From: a virus
Strand: one strand, 5' to 3'
Length of the DNA stretch: 64,000 bases
Virus record (IMG/VR): IMGVR_UViG_3300018050_000401
Coordinates: 1,721-65,720 of that record
Position 1 is the first letter of the stretch; each line of letters opens with the position of its first letter. The notes under the pieces are model-generated. The model saw only the letters and a program-made list of their open reading frames with translations, made no database searches and was not told the DNA's origin. This document shows, piece by piece, positions 32,316-41,267 of the stretch. Position numbers and translations under genes: made by a program.

Positions 32316-32473
32316 TTGTGCCTTACCAGTGGCGGATTACTCCTGCCACAATAAAAATGTTAGTGATAATGTATGTTAACACAATTATCGTACGAATGCA
32401 AGCAATTCGGTCCGCTTCTGAATCCGAATCACCTGCTTTTTCTCCAAGCGCCTTGGCCCAGAGTCTCCAAAAT

Positions 32474-33007
32474 TTACCCTTCGTAGATTGCGGAGTTTGC
32501 GCCATGTTCGAAAACTTCTACACTCTTAACACGAACACTTGGGTTAATAGGATATCGAGTGGCCTTTTCTCCACCTGCTAAAAGTTCAGCCATTTTATCA
32601 TAAGCCATTTTAGCAAACATTTCGCATCCTACTGCATCTACGATTCTTAAATCGCAGACACCTTTGCGACGGTAAGGTTCAACTTGAACTCTTTCTGGGT
32701 TACCATCGTGTTCTGGATCACTACTCCAACCACTCATTTCTTTAAAACGATCTAGCATTGGATCGTCTTTGGCAATTACCAAAGTGTGATCAAACATCCA
32801 GTCTGCCCATTCTTTGAAAGTCTTAAGGCCACCAAAGTCCATGCACCAGTTTTTATCGTCTAGTGTATCACATTCAAACACTAACTTAATACCAATTGAA
32901 TATCCATGTAGTGTTGAGCAATGACTGTGTGTGGCACGCCATTGTCTAAAACAGCATGACAGACCCCTGTCGTTGCCGTAAGTTTTTGTTGAATAAAATT
33001 TTGCCAT
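32474..33007 (-). CDS. 6-pyruvoyl-tetrahydropterin synthase / QueD-like (T-fold) protein
   Basis: CCFRQWRATHSHCSTLHGYS resembles the PTPS/QueD Cx5HGH zinc motif. 177 aa, larger than bacterial QueD, as in cyanophage PTPS. Confidence 0.7.
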   Translation of the reverse strand: MAKFYSTKTYGNDRGLSCCFRQWRATHSHCSTLHGYSIGIKLVFECDTLDDKNWCMDFGGLKTFKEWADWMFDHTLVIAKDDPMLDRFKEMSGWSSDPEHDGNPERVQVEPYRRKGVCDLRIVDAVGCEMFAKMAYDKMAELLAGGEKATRYPINPSVRVKSVEVFEHGANSAIYEG

Positions 33008-33080
33008 TGTTATCTCCTTAGATTAGCAATGGCATGCAGAATTTATATTGCGGGTTGAATGCCTAAGGCCGCATAATGTA

Positions 33081-33108
33081 ATTATATAGAATTGTATGTG
33101 GAAGTCAA
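33081..33108 (-). promoter_or_regulatory. Sigma70-like promoter (TTGACT-16-TATAAT) upstream of the PTPS/QueD-like gene
   Basis: Minus strand TTGACTtccacatacaattctaTATAAT, about 75 nt upstream of the ATG. Confidence 0.5.
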
Positions 33109-33110
33109 TA

Positions 33111-34562
33111 TTATTGGCGAGCAATCATACCAAAAGGCAACCATTGACCAGGAGCACCACCTTCTGTACAAATCCAGCCAACGTAATTGTCCGGAGTTGG
33201 ATTTGAGTTCCAGCAGATATCGCCTTTGGCAAACTGCCCTGATACAGGAATACTTGGTCCTGTTGTGAATTTCTTGTTTGCAAACTGTAAATTACCGTTT
33301 ACTGCCAAGTCGACGTCTTCTGGCGGATTGTTTACGCCAACAGTCATAGTACCAAAAACTTTAACGACGTTTCTAGTATTTCGAGAATCACCAATTATAG
33401 TTTCGTTGCCATCAGCATAAAACTTGTCAATTCCGTTTATTTCTAAAGTAATTTTATCGTTAGAGCTTAGTAAGCCTTTGCTAATGGTAAATTCAGTTGT
33501 ATCAGAAAATTTAATTACTCTAGCATCGATAACGGACCTGGTTGCGTTAACTCTTTCGTAGAACGTTGCTTCGCCAGCTACGTTTAGTTCCTCAAGAGTT
33601 CCTAATCTTGAAAGGTTTGATTGTGTAATTGAATTACCTAACCCTACAGCAGAAATAACAGATTTCCCACCAATCATTAAACTTTTGCTTTCAGCTAAAT
33701 CAATTGATTCGCTGCTATAAAGTCTATCAGGGTCGGACATCATAATGAACTGGCGCATGTCTCCTGTACCAGTCCATACTAATCCTTGTCCGTAAATGCC
33801 TCGGTCCTTGCTAGTTTTAAATTCTAAAGGCTGAAAACGATCAATTCTATTGTCTGCTACAACAGTATCAACAGTAAGTGTTCCGTAGATTCTTACATCT
33901 GCATTCTTAGTTTGTTCGTTGCCAAATATAACTTGCCCGTTGTTTTTAAGTGTAACACGTGGTAGATTATCTGTTATTAGTTCTAAATCGTGATTTGTAT
34001 ATGTTCCAAGTTGAGCTAGGTTATCTTTTGGAGATGTAATTATAACTTCAACGTTGTTGTCCACGACACTTAACACACCGTTTGGACTATCTGTGTTAAG
34101 GCCTAGTCTTCCAAAAGAACTGTTGAATACTGCAAAATCGGCAATAGTAGCATCACCATTTACAGTTAAACTTCTCAAAGAGCCAATTTCTTTTAGATTA
34201 CTTTTTGTAATTCCTCCGCCTAAGCTATCTTTGCTTAATACCGGAACACCTTCAATCATAAAAGATTTATGTGCGGCAAGGTCAAAGTCTGAACTAGCCC
34301 ACATTCTTGCTCCGCTTCTATATCCTAATGTAACCTTTTCTACACCCCACGTCCAAGTAATTCCTTTGTCGTAGAGGTCAGTTTCTTCTAAACTACTCCA
34401 GTTTCCAAAGTCAGGTGCGAGTGCGGTTTTAGAGTCTTCTTCTAAAACTTTTAGTGAATTTACAGTTAGTGTGCCTGTAATTGACACATCGTCTTGTATT
34501 TGCTCTACAGCAAGGGTTTTAATGACTACTTTATCGTCTTGAATAGAAAAAATTTGGCTCAT
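33111..34562 (-). CDS. Virion structural/fibre-like protein (483 aa) with internal duplication
   Basis: Two similar halves (…SLRSLTVNGDATIADF… / …LGTLEELNVAGEATFYE…). C-terminus GDICWNSNPTPDNYVGWICTEGGAPGQW is typical of fibre tips. Confidence 0.55.
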   Translation of the reverse strand: MSQIFSIQDDKVVIKTLAVEQIQDDVSITGTLTVNSLKVLEEDSKTALAPDFGNWSSLEETDLYDKGITWTWGVEKVTLGYRSGARMWASSDFDLAAHKSFMIEGVPVLSKDSLGGGITKSNLKEIGSLRSLTVNGDATIADFAVFNSSFGRLGLNTDSPNGVLSVVDNNVEVIITSPKDNLAQLGTYTNHDLELITDNLPRVTLKNNGQVIFGNEQTKNADVRIYGTLTVDTVVADNRIDRFQPLEFKTSKDRGIYGQGLVWTGTGDMRQFIMMSDPDRLYSSESIDLAESKSLMIGGKSVISAVGLGNSITQSNLSRLGTLEELNVAGEATFYERVNATRSVIDARVIKFSDTTEFTISKGLLSSNDKITLEINGIDKFYADGNETIIGDSRNTRNVVKVFGTMTVGVNNPPEDVDLAVNGNLQFANKKFTTGPSIPVSGQFAKGDICWNSNPTPDNYVGWICTEGGAPGQWLPFGMIARQ

Positions 34563-34611
34563 AGTTGCTCTCTCGTCCAGTATTTATCTGGAACATGTAG
34601 CAACCTGAAGT

Positions 34612-34638
34612 CAAAAAAATAGGGCCTTAACGGCCCTA
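34612..34638 (-). terminator. Rho-independent terminator after the 399-aa gene
   Basis: AGGGCC-ttaac-GGCCCT hairpin followed on the minus strand by T7. Confidence 0.7.
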
Positions 34639-34640
34639 TT

Positions 34641-35840
34641 TTATGCTACTTTAAGCAGGATTATTTCTTCGTTGATCCTACCATTCATTTTGGTGTCTGT
34701 GGCGTTGATATCTTCTAAGAATTTACGCAACTGTACCTTACCGGCCGACTTAAACTCTTTGAGTTTTTCTTCGGGTTTACGAATAGTCTTACAAATACTC
34801 TGCGCTTCGTTAAAGCCTGTAATTGTAGTACCCTTAACACCAAGTTCTGCGTACTCGTTAGCAACATACTTGCCAAGTTTACGACTCTTAGTATTGTAAA
34901 CCCAAAGTTCTTTGGAACCCAAGATGTCTGTTGGGTTAATAGACACCAATTTAAGTGGCTCGTCTGTCTTTTTGTACTTGAGTTTAGCAACTACCTTTTC
35001 AGCAGGTACAGCCTTCTTAGCACGAGGCTTCTTATTAACCTTTGCTTCTTCCATAAGCATCTTACAAGCACTCTCAATTTCTTGCAAGAATACGATGAAG
35101 TTTTTAATTTGTTTACGGCTACGATGACTGTAACCTTCTTTCAATTGTTCGTCGGCTTTACCACTTGCAAGTTCCAACAGTTCTGCCAAGTCACGGGCAT
35201 AAAAGTCTTTAATAATGCGAGCGTGTGCGGCTTTTACACCTTTACCACGCAACAGACTTAGGATCTTAAATGCTTTAGGATCGAAGTTTTCCGGATCAGT
35301 TTGGAAAGCATGATACGCATCTTCCAGTTCTTCAGTCATGTTCATAGCCGCATCGCGAACACGTTCTTGGATGCTAGGAGTATAAACAGCAGGCTTAGCC
35401 GCTTCAAGAGCTTTAGCAGTTTCTGGATCGATATCGTCTTTTGCTTCTTCGATAACCTTAACAATAGCGTTACGCAACCATTCAGCAGTATCGCGGCCTT
35501 CGTTAAAGTCAGCACGTTTAGCAGGCATACCGCGATTCAAACATGCGGCAATGGCACCCATTGTTGAATTGAAACGGATGTCTTTTGCTTTTTTAAGCAG
35601 GGCAATATCTTTTTTAGCACCGCCGACGCTTTCGAGCCATTTAATAACAGCAGGCTTGAACAGTTTGCTATCTGCTTCAAGGCGGTAGTAGTCCATCGAA
35701 CGGCGGAAGTGGCGGTTAAACTCGTCGGCACTCATGTTCTCGCAACCATCCCAAGTTGGGCTAGTATCTTTGACTGCGCGAGTACGGTGAGCAATAACTT
35801 GCTTTTTAGTTACACGAGTTTTGGTTGCTGCTTTAGCCAT
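34641..35840 (-). CDS. Hypothetical protein (399 aa), highly expressed early-gene candidate
   Basis: Preceded by a consensus sigma70 promoter and a strong RBS AGGAG. Lys/Ala/Glu-rich. No motif recognised. Confidence 0.5.
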   Translation of the reverse strand: MAKAATKTRVTKKQVIAHRTRAVKDTSPTWDGCENMSADEFNRHFRRSMDYYRLEADSKLFKPAVIKWLESVGGAKKDIALLKKAKDIRFNSTMGAIAACLNRGMPAKRADFNEGRDTAEWLRNAIVKVIEEAKDDIDPETAKALEAAKPAVYTPSIQERVRDAAMNMTEELEDAYHAFQTDPENFDPKAFKILSLLRGKGVKAAHARIIKDFYARDLAELLELASGKADEQLKEGYSHRSRKQIKNFIVFLQEIESACKMLMEEAKVNKKPRAKKAVPAEKVVAKLKYKKTDEPLKLVSINPTDILGSKELWVYNTKSRKLGKYVANEYAELGVKGTTITGFNEAQSICKTIRKPEEKLKEFKSAGKVQLRKFLEDINATDTKMNGRINEEIILLKVA

Positions 35841-35871
35841 TTAGAGCTCCTAATTAATTAACAATACAAGT

Positions 35872-35900
35872 ATTATAGCACCAAATATGTAGCATGTCAA
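35872..35900 (-). promoter_or_regulatory. Consensus sigma70-type promoter TTGACA-17-TATAAT
   Basis: Minus strand TTGACAtgctacatatttggtgcTATAAT, about 30 nt upstream of the RBS and ATG of the 399-aa gene. Confidence 0.7.
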
Positions 35901-37264
35901 TCGATGTTTTTACACTGATTATACAATTTGGTTAGCTCTGGAAAGGTTTCCAAAAAATTGGTGCCGCGTCTACGATCATGCTCATCAAAAAATAAACCAA
36001 AATCTTTTAAATGGACAACTTCTTTATTCTCTTTGATCAGGTATTGTATGCGTTCGAGCTTGTTTATTTCCCAATTTTGAAATCCTTTTCCATCGCAATG
36101 GTTCATTTTCATAAATTGAACTTGCTCTAACAGCATATCAATATACTCAACAGGAAGAATTCTAACACTCATCCATTTTGGATTATCCAGGTAAGGGATA
36201 TCTAAACCAATGGTCCTAGTTTCTTTATAAAATTTAAGTTTCATTATCAACACGTCTTTCAAAAATTCCATATAGGAAGTTATTGAAAGTGCATTATATG
36301 TTGACATGATACTGAAATTACCATCCGGCACTTCGTTCAAGTATCTGTGACAATTTTCTAGCCAAGTACTGTACACCATTCCGTTGCGTATGTATTCTGC
36401 TTTCTTACCATATGCCTCGGCACTGGTAAACAGAGTAAACTTTTTGACCATTTTGTTTTCTTGAATGATTTTAATCTTTTCAAGGAACTTATCAAACAGT
36501 TTATCGGGCAATACACAGTTACTATTAATAGCCAACTCAAGATTTGGATTTGGATTTTCAATAATATAATCGAGTACTTTGAATGTGTCTTTACTCATTA
36601 AAGGCTCGCCGCCTGTAATTCGGAAAGTATGTAGGGTAGCATAAACTTCAGGCCACCATTTCCAAAATGCTTCTACATAAGGGTTGTGTTCCTTTAATGG
36701 GATAGGCATTTTGTTTTGATACTTGGTATGTTCAAGATTGTTATACCCTAAACCAGTTGGGTATCCGCCAAACTTTTCAATTTCTTCCATCCACTTAGAG
36801 CTAATGTGCGGGCTGCAATAAGCACATTTAAAATTACAAGCATGGCTAAAACTGACTTCTAAGTAGGTAGGCTTGATATTTCTTTCCCATCCAGCATACA
36901 TTACATTAAAGTATTGGTCTTTCCCCGACCAGTCGTCTGTACTTTTGTAGACTCTGTCGCTGAAAATATCACTGTCTGGCGGGGCACTATCTTCAACTTG
37001 CCAGCAAAAATGACATTCTTCTGGCCGAGATCCTGTCATCATAAGTTTACGTTGTTCTTTTTTGAACTTGGTATTGTGTAATGCGCTAGGATCTTCCTGT
37101 ATTTCTTCTATAGGAATTTTATGTGTATTAGGGTGGTGACAACTATGGGTGTGGCCGTTTTGTAAATGTAGAGTGACCTGTAGCCATTTAGCAAGGCACA
37201 TGCCTGGGCCGGTTCTATCTAAGATTTGTTTTGCTTGTCTAAGCCAAATAACTTTATCGTTCAT
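35897..37264 (-). CDS. Radical SAM enzyme with N-terminal Cys-rich auxiliary domain (455 aa)
   Basis: SFSHACNFKCAYCSPHISSKW (CxxxCxxC) core and ITGGEPL glycine-rich SAM motif. N-terminal C..C....CxxC extension. Paralogous to the ORFs at 56613 and 58797, sharing the C-terminal F.ETFPEL motif. Confidence 0.75.
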   Translation of the reverse strand: MNDKVIWLRQAKQILDRTGPGMCLAKWLQVTLHLQNGHTHSCHHPNTHKIPIEEIQEDPSALHNTKFKKEQRKLMMTGSRPEECHFCWQVEDSAPPDSDIFSDRVYKSTDDWSGKDQYFNVMYAGWERNIKPTYLEVSFSHACNFKCAYCSPHISSKWMEEIEKFGGYPTGLGYNNLEHTKYQNKMPIPLKEHNPYVEAFWKWWPEVYATLHTFRITGGEPLMSKDTFKVLDYIIENPNPNLELAINSNCVLPDKLFDKFLEKIKIIQENKMVKKFTLFTSAEAYGKKAEYIRNGMVYSTWLENCHRYLNEVPDGNFSIMSTYNALSITSYMEFLKDVLIMKLKFYKETRTIGLDIPYLDNPKWMSVRILPVEYIDMLLEQVQFMKMNHCDGKGFQNWEINKLERIQYLIKENKEVVHLKDFGLFFDEHDRRRGTNFLETFPELTKLYNQCKNID

Positions 37265-37271
37265 ACAGTAA

Positions 37272-37505
37272 TTAGTTCCAGCGTAATATAAACCAGTCTA
37301 AGTCCGAACGTTTTTTAAATTCAAACACGTGGTATGCAGTTCGGGCATGATAACCTAAGTTATCTATGCACCATTGATTTATTTCTACGTAAGTTTCTTC
37401 TGGGTAAGGTTCGTTATATCCTTGTACAACAAGAGGTTCGGATTGATCATCGCTCCAAACCTCTGCTATCCATTTACGATTTCCTTGCCTGACTTCTATG
37501 TCCAT
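37272..37505 (-). CDS. Hypothetical small protein (77 aa)
   Basis: ORF coupled to neighbours, Trp/Tyr-rich. Confidence 0.4.
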   Translation of the reverse strand: MDIEVRQGNRKWIAEVWSDDQSEPLVVQGYNEPYPEETYVEINQWCIDNLGYHARTAYHVFEFKKRSDLDWFILRWN

Positions 37506-38353
37506 AGACCGTGTCGGACTTTGATAAGACGAATCATCATGTCTTCATCTTCTTTTTCATAAGCCGCTTCAATCTTACGAAGTAGTTTGTGTGCTTTGTC
37601 GCTCATCTTTTTAAGTTCAGGAGTTTTATCTCCTCCCCAGCTTAGACGACCACCGTTGGCTAGTCGGCTTGCTTCGCAGTAAGCACTCCATCCACTTGCA
37701 TCATGTGGGTCTGGACGATTGCGATATACTTCAGTCCACCACTTGTACAAGTCTAAAATTTCTTGTGCCTTCTCTGCTTGTGGTGTGAGTTTACCTAGGT
37801 TATCTGAATCAGGGCCGACTTCATCTTCTTTCCAACGAAGTTGACGTTGCCATTCTAGATTATCTAGGCCAGCTTGCGGACAACGCCAAGTTCTCCAGCG
37901 GAACCAACCTGTAGCATACCAAGGTGCTTTGTATTTGTTCTTTTCGTCTGCATCTGCCCATGCAATGTGCCACCAAGCTAGTTCAACTTCAACAAAGTCG
38001 ACTAGTTCGTTAAAGAGACATGGGAGAAAGCGATTGCCAACATCGCGCCACTCACCACGAGGTATATCACGAGCATGAGCCGTAAGAGCATGGGTTTTAG
38101 TGACCCAGCGATTATTAACATAGTACTTGAGGCCATATAGTTTATCTGGAATATAAAAGACGATATTTTGAAGAATGTCTAAACCTTCTTCAGCAAGCCA
38201 CCACCGAACGGGATAAGCGGCCTTGGCCCTCTCTTCCCATTCTGCCCAGCCTTCACTAGTCTTAGCACCACCTTTGGTGGTACCTCGAAGCCAGTCGGCA
38301 AATTTTGAACATGTCCAGTAGTGGTTACGCATTTTAGTCTTTCTTACCGCCAA
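37496..38353 (-). CDS. Hypothetical Trp-rich protein (285 aa)
   Basis: Long ORF with a very high Trp/Arg content. No motif recognised. Confidence 0.5.
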   Translation of the reverse strand: MAVRKTKMRNHYWTCSKFADWLRGTTKGGAKTSEGWAEWEERAKAAYPVRWWLAEEGLDILQNIVFYIPDKLYGLKYYVNNRWVTKTHALTAHARDIPRGEWRDVGNRFLPCLFNELVDFVEVELAWWHIAWADADEKNKYKAPWYATGWFRWRTWRCPQAGLDNLEWQRQLRWKEDEVGPDSDNLGKLTPQAEKAQEILDLYKWWTEVYRNRPDPHDASGWSAYCEASRLANGGRLSWGGDKTPELKKMSDKAHKLLRKIEAAYEKEDEDMMIRLIKVRHGLWT

Positions 38354-39023
38354 ATAGTTGTAGCAAACTCAAGAACAAGTTAATGAAATCGAGATATAGT
38401 GTCAATGCACCCATTACCTCGGCCTTACCGTCATTGTCGTAACTGACCATTTCACGAATCTTTTGTGTGTCGTAAGCAGTCAATCCTAGGAAAATAATAA
38501 CAGCAATAGCTGAAATTACCATTTGCATTACAGTACTACCAATAAAGATATTGATAACACTGGCAATGATGATAGCAATCAAACCAATAAACATAAATTG
38601 GCCAACACTATCTAGATTCTTTTTGGTAAAGTATCCGTATCCACTCATAACGCCAAACAAAACTGCGGCACTCATGAACGCACTTACAATACTGCCCATG
38701 TTATAGACTACAAAAATTGTAGCAAAACTCAAACCCATTAGCGCAGCAAATCCGTGTAAAAAGATTTGTAAAGCACTTTTACTCATCTTTTCCATAGCAA
38801 CACTGACACCTAAAATTGCAACCAACGGTGCAAAAATTACAAGCCACTTCATTGCGCCGGTGAAAAAGAATTGCATCATAGTAGCATTAGTTCCTACTAA
38901 GAAACTAACAATCATCGAAGTAATAACGGCAAGACCCATGTGTCCGTAAACTCGACTCATTGCACTATTGATATCACTTGCTGAACGGTAAATTGCACCG
39001 CCTGTATAACTAGATCCAAACAT
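38334..39023 (-). CDS. Bax-inhibitor-1 / YccA family (TMBIM) 7-TM membrane protein
   Basis: INSAMSRVYGHMGLAVITSMIVSFLV resembles the YbhL/YccA N-terminal motif. About 7 hydrophobic helices with a charged C-terminal tail (GGKKD). Confidence 0.65.
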   Translation of the reverse strand: MFGSSYTGGAIYRSASDINSAMSRVYGHMGLAVITSMIVSFLVGTNATMMQFFFTGAMKWLVIFAPLVAILGVSVAMEKMSKSALQIFLHGFAALMGLSFATIFVVYNMGSIVSAFMSAAVLFGVMSGYGYFTKKNLDSVGQFMFIGLIAIIIASVINIFIGSTVMQMVISAIAVIIFLGLTAYDTQKIREMVSYDNDGKAEVMGALTLYLDFINLFLSLLQLFGGKKD

Positions 39024-39026
39024 TTT

Positions 39027-39398
39027 TTACTCCTTGTGTAAATAATTATTTAATTCTGGAGGAGTCCAACCCAAAGGTTTTAGGACTTTTCCGTCTTCTC
39101 TTTTGCGTACTTTACCCGTCTCGCTATCAATTTTGGCAAAGTTAGTACGCATGACTTCCTTCCAACCGCCTTCGCCATCGAACCCTGCACTATGAATTGC
39201 GCCCACTGTTACAACAATAAAATCCAGTAAAGCATCCAGTGTTTCTACTTGGTCATTATTGTCGATAGCAACCTGCAATTCTTTCCATTCTTCTTTCATC
39301 AATTCTAGATATAGTTTGAATTGATCCTGATTAAACGTGTCTGTAGTTTGATCACAGGCCCGCATAAATTTTTCTTGATCTCGAAACGGATTTGTCAT
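39027..39398 (-). CDS. mazG: MazG-like nucleotide pyrophosphohydrolase
   Basis: All-alpha NTP-PPase signature: ELMKEEWKELQVAIDNND...ETLDALLDFIVV with the EExxE-type motif. 123 aa, as in cyanophage MazG. Confidence 0.7.
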   Translation of the reverse strand: MTNPFRDQEKFMRACDQTTDTFNQDQFKLYLELMKEEWKELQVAIDNNDQVETLDALLDFIVVTVGAIHSAGFDGEGGWKEVMRTNFAKIDSETGKVRKREDGKVLKPLGWTPPELNNYLHKE

Positions 39399-39406
39399 AA
39401 TTTTCC

Positions 39407-39649
39407 TTAAATTGTATTTTCAATTTTTACTTCGTCGTGTTCAAAACACGGAATGGGTCTTCCAATAGAGTCTAACATCATAGTTCCCCACTTAGAACCA
39501 TTTTCTTCAAATTCTACAAAAACTCTGTTGTAAGCACAAAACAAATTTGTTTCAACTCGAGCACTCTTGGGTCGATGAAGAACAGCCAACAGGACAAGTA
39601 TAGTCATAAGGATTGACCATATTATGAATGCCCACTTGACTATTTTCAC
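39407..39649 (-). CDS. Small membrane protein (80 aa)
   Basis: N-terminal TM WAFIIWSILMTILVLLAVL. Confidence 0.4.
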   Translation of the reverse strand: MKIVKWAFIIWSILMTILVLLAVLHRPKSARVETNLFCAYNRVFVEFEENGSKWGTMMLDSIGRPIPCFEHDEVKIENTI

Positions 39650-39894
39650 TTGAGTGCTTCCATCGTCTGCCGTTTAGCTTCTTCGTTGACTTCTTGTTTG
39701 TGAATGGTTTGAAGACCTCTAAACAGTTCTTCAACAACATGTATAATAGCGGCTTTTCCATCTTCTGTCAAGTGACTGTATTCTGGACTTACAGAGCTTT
39801 CGTGCCAAACACGAGCGTTTTGACTAAGTTCAAGTAACGATCCATACAACATGTCTTTGTGCATGGATCGGCGTATATCAAATTTTCTCGCCAT
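39646..39894 (-). CDS. Hypothetical small protein (about 83 aa from the internal Met)
   Basis: The 147-aa ORF overlaps the ligase gene by about 210 nt, so the internal start MARKF... is preferred. Weak call. Confidence 0.3.
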   Translation of the reverse strand: MARKFDIRRSMHKDMLYGSLLELSQNARVWHESSVSPEYSHLTEDGKAAIIHVVEELFRGLQTIHKQEVNEEAKRQTMEALK

Positions 39895-41200
39895 TGTCAA
39901 ACCCTCTAAAATGTAGGAAGCGCGGAAAGCGTAAAGAGAAACTTCCATCCTGGTTTTGCGTGATAGCGTCAGCACGGACTTCCACAATTTGCCCAATAAG
40001 GGTTTCACGACTATTCCAAAAAGTGTCGCGGTCAGAATCAGTAAACCCAGAACCGCAGTTGACTCGAATTGATCTATTATCATCTTCACCTTCGCATACT
40101 AGAGCACCTAGTTTACCAACGTTCTTGCCTGTGCCCTCTTCAACAGCAACAACACCAAGCGATACTTCAATAAACGGCTTGAGTTTGAGCCAACTTGCTG
40201 TACGCTTACATTCGTAAGGTGCATTAGGATCTTTAATCATAATGCCTTCATATCCGCCGTCAATGGCGAATTGATTAATTTCTTTAAAACGTTTCTTGCC
40301 TTCGTCTGTGTTGAGGTCAACTAGTTCATGACCAACAACTGCAACGTTAGGTAAATCTGCCTTGTGTTTCTTGTGCCACTCATAGACATACAGACTACGA
40401 GTTTCTTGATCCTTGTCCCACTTGCCTTCTTGGAACTTATCCAACGGACACATGTCAAACAAGTGTAAAACAGCATCCTGCGCTTCAACATCGCTTTTAC
40501 GATGTACTTGCTTCATAAGGTCTTGGAAACTACTAGACATAACTTCACCGTCTAGCACAAGGTCGTATTTAGGAGGATCCTTTTTTACAACGGCACTAAT
40601 CTGTTCTTCTATGTGGGGGAAGTTATCCAATGACTTACCGTTCCTGCTAAAAAGACTAACATGCCCATTTGTACGCACAATAGCAAGAACACGAACTCCA
40701 TCGAGTTTGACTTCAATATATTTTTTACCTGAAACTTTGGATTCATGATTTGCGCTGTCATGAGCAAGTTGGCAACTAAACACAGGAATAATATAGTCCG
40801 CATAATCTTTCTCCACCACTTTATTGATTGTTTTTTCGCTGACACCGCAACGCAAATCTTTGATAAGGATGCGACGATACCACCCGTTCCATTGTGATTT
40901 AGTAGATTGTTTTATTACCTCAGCGACGGCATCACGGGCATCATTGCCGGTGAGGTGACGATCACGTAGACCGCTAACGAGCACAATAAAATCATTCCAA
41001 CTAAGCCCAGGGCCATCTTCATCTTTCTTCTCCGGTATTTGTTTAAGTCCAAACGTAATCATTGAATCTAATGCGAGTTGGCAACCTTCAAAGAATTCGT
41101 CATTACCTGCTTCTGCTTGTGCCAAAATAATGGCTTCTTTGTTTAAACGGCTAGGGTGATTTTCCAAACTAGAAATAACATACTGGCACGGGTCGCTCAT
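39878..41200 (-). CDS. ATP-dependent DNA ligase
   Basis: Adenylation motif I KLDGVR (EVKLDGVRVLAI), downstream nucleotidyltransferase and OB-domain blocks. 440 aa. Confidence 0.85.
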   Translation of the reverse strand: MSDPCQYVISSLENHPSRLNKEAIILAQAEAGNDEFFEGCQLALDSMITFGLKQIPEKKDEDGPGLSWNDFIVLVSGLRDRHLTGNDARDAVAEVIKQSTKSQWNGWYRRILIKDLRCGVSEKTINKVVEKDYADYIIPVFSCQLAHDSANHESKVSGKKYIEVKLDGVRVLAIVRTNGHVSLFSRNGKSLDNFPHIEEQISAVVKKDPPKYDLVLDGEVMSSSFQDLMKQVHRKSDVEAQDAVLHLFDMCPLDKFQEGKWDKDQETRSLYVYEWHKKHKADLPNVAVVGHELVDLNTDEGKKRFKEINQFAIDGGYEGIMIKDPNAPYECKRTASWLKLKPFIEVSLGVVAVEEGTGKNVGKLGALVCEGEDDNRSIRVNCGSGFTDSDRDTFWNSRETLIGQIVEVRADAITQNQDGSFSLRFPRFLHFRGFDNGEKI

Positions 41201-41232
41201 TTTAACTCCAAACGATTATCTATAATACTTGT

Positions 41233-41261
41233 ATTATACAGTCGTTAAGATACAAAGTCAA
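41233..41261 (-). promoter_or_regulatory. Sigma70-type promoter TTGACT-17-TATAAT upstream of the DNA ligase gene
   Basis: Minus strand TTGACTttgtatcttaacgactgTATAAT. The -10 box lies within the near-palindrome tataatac-tt-gtattata. Confidence 0.65.
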
Positions 41262-41267
41262 CCTATA

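Noticed and set aside
41221-41240. Plus-strand TATAAT at 41221 as a promoter for a plus-strand gene
   Set aside because: No plus-strand gene lies downstream. The element is the palindromic partner of the minus-strand ligase promoter -10.
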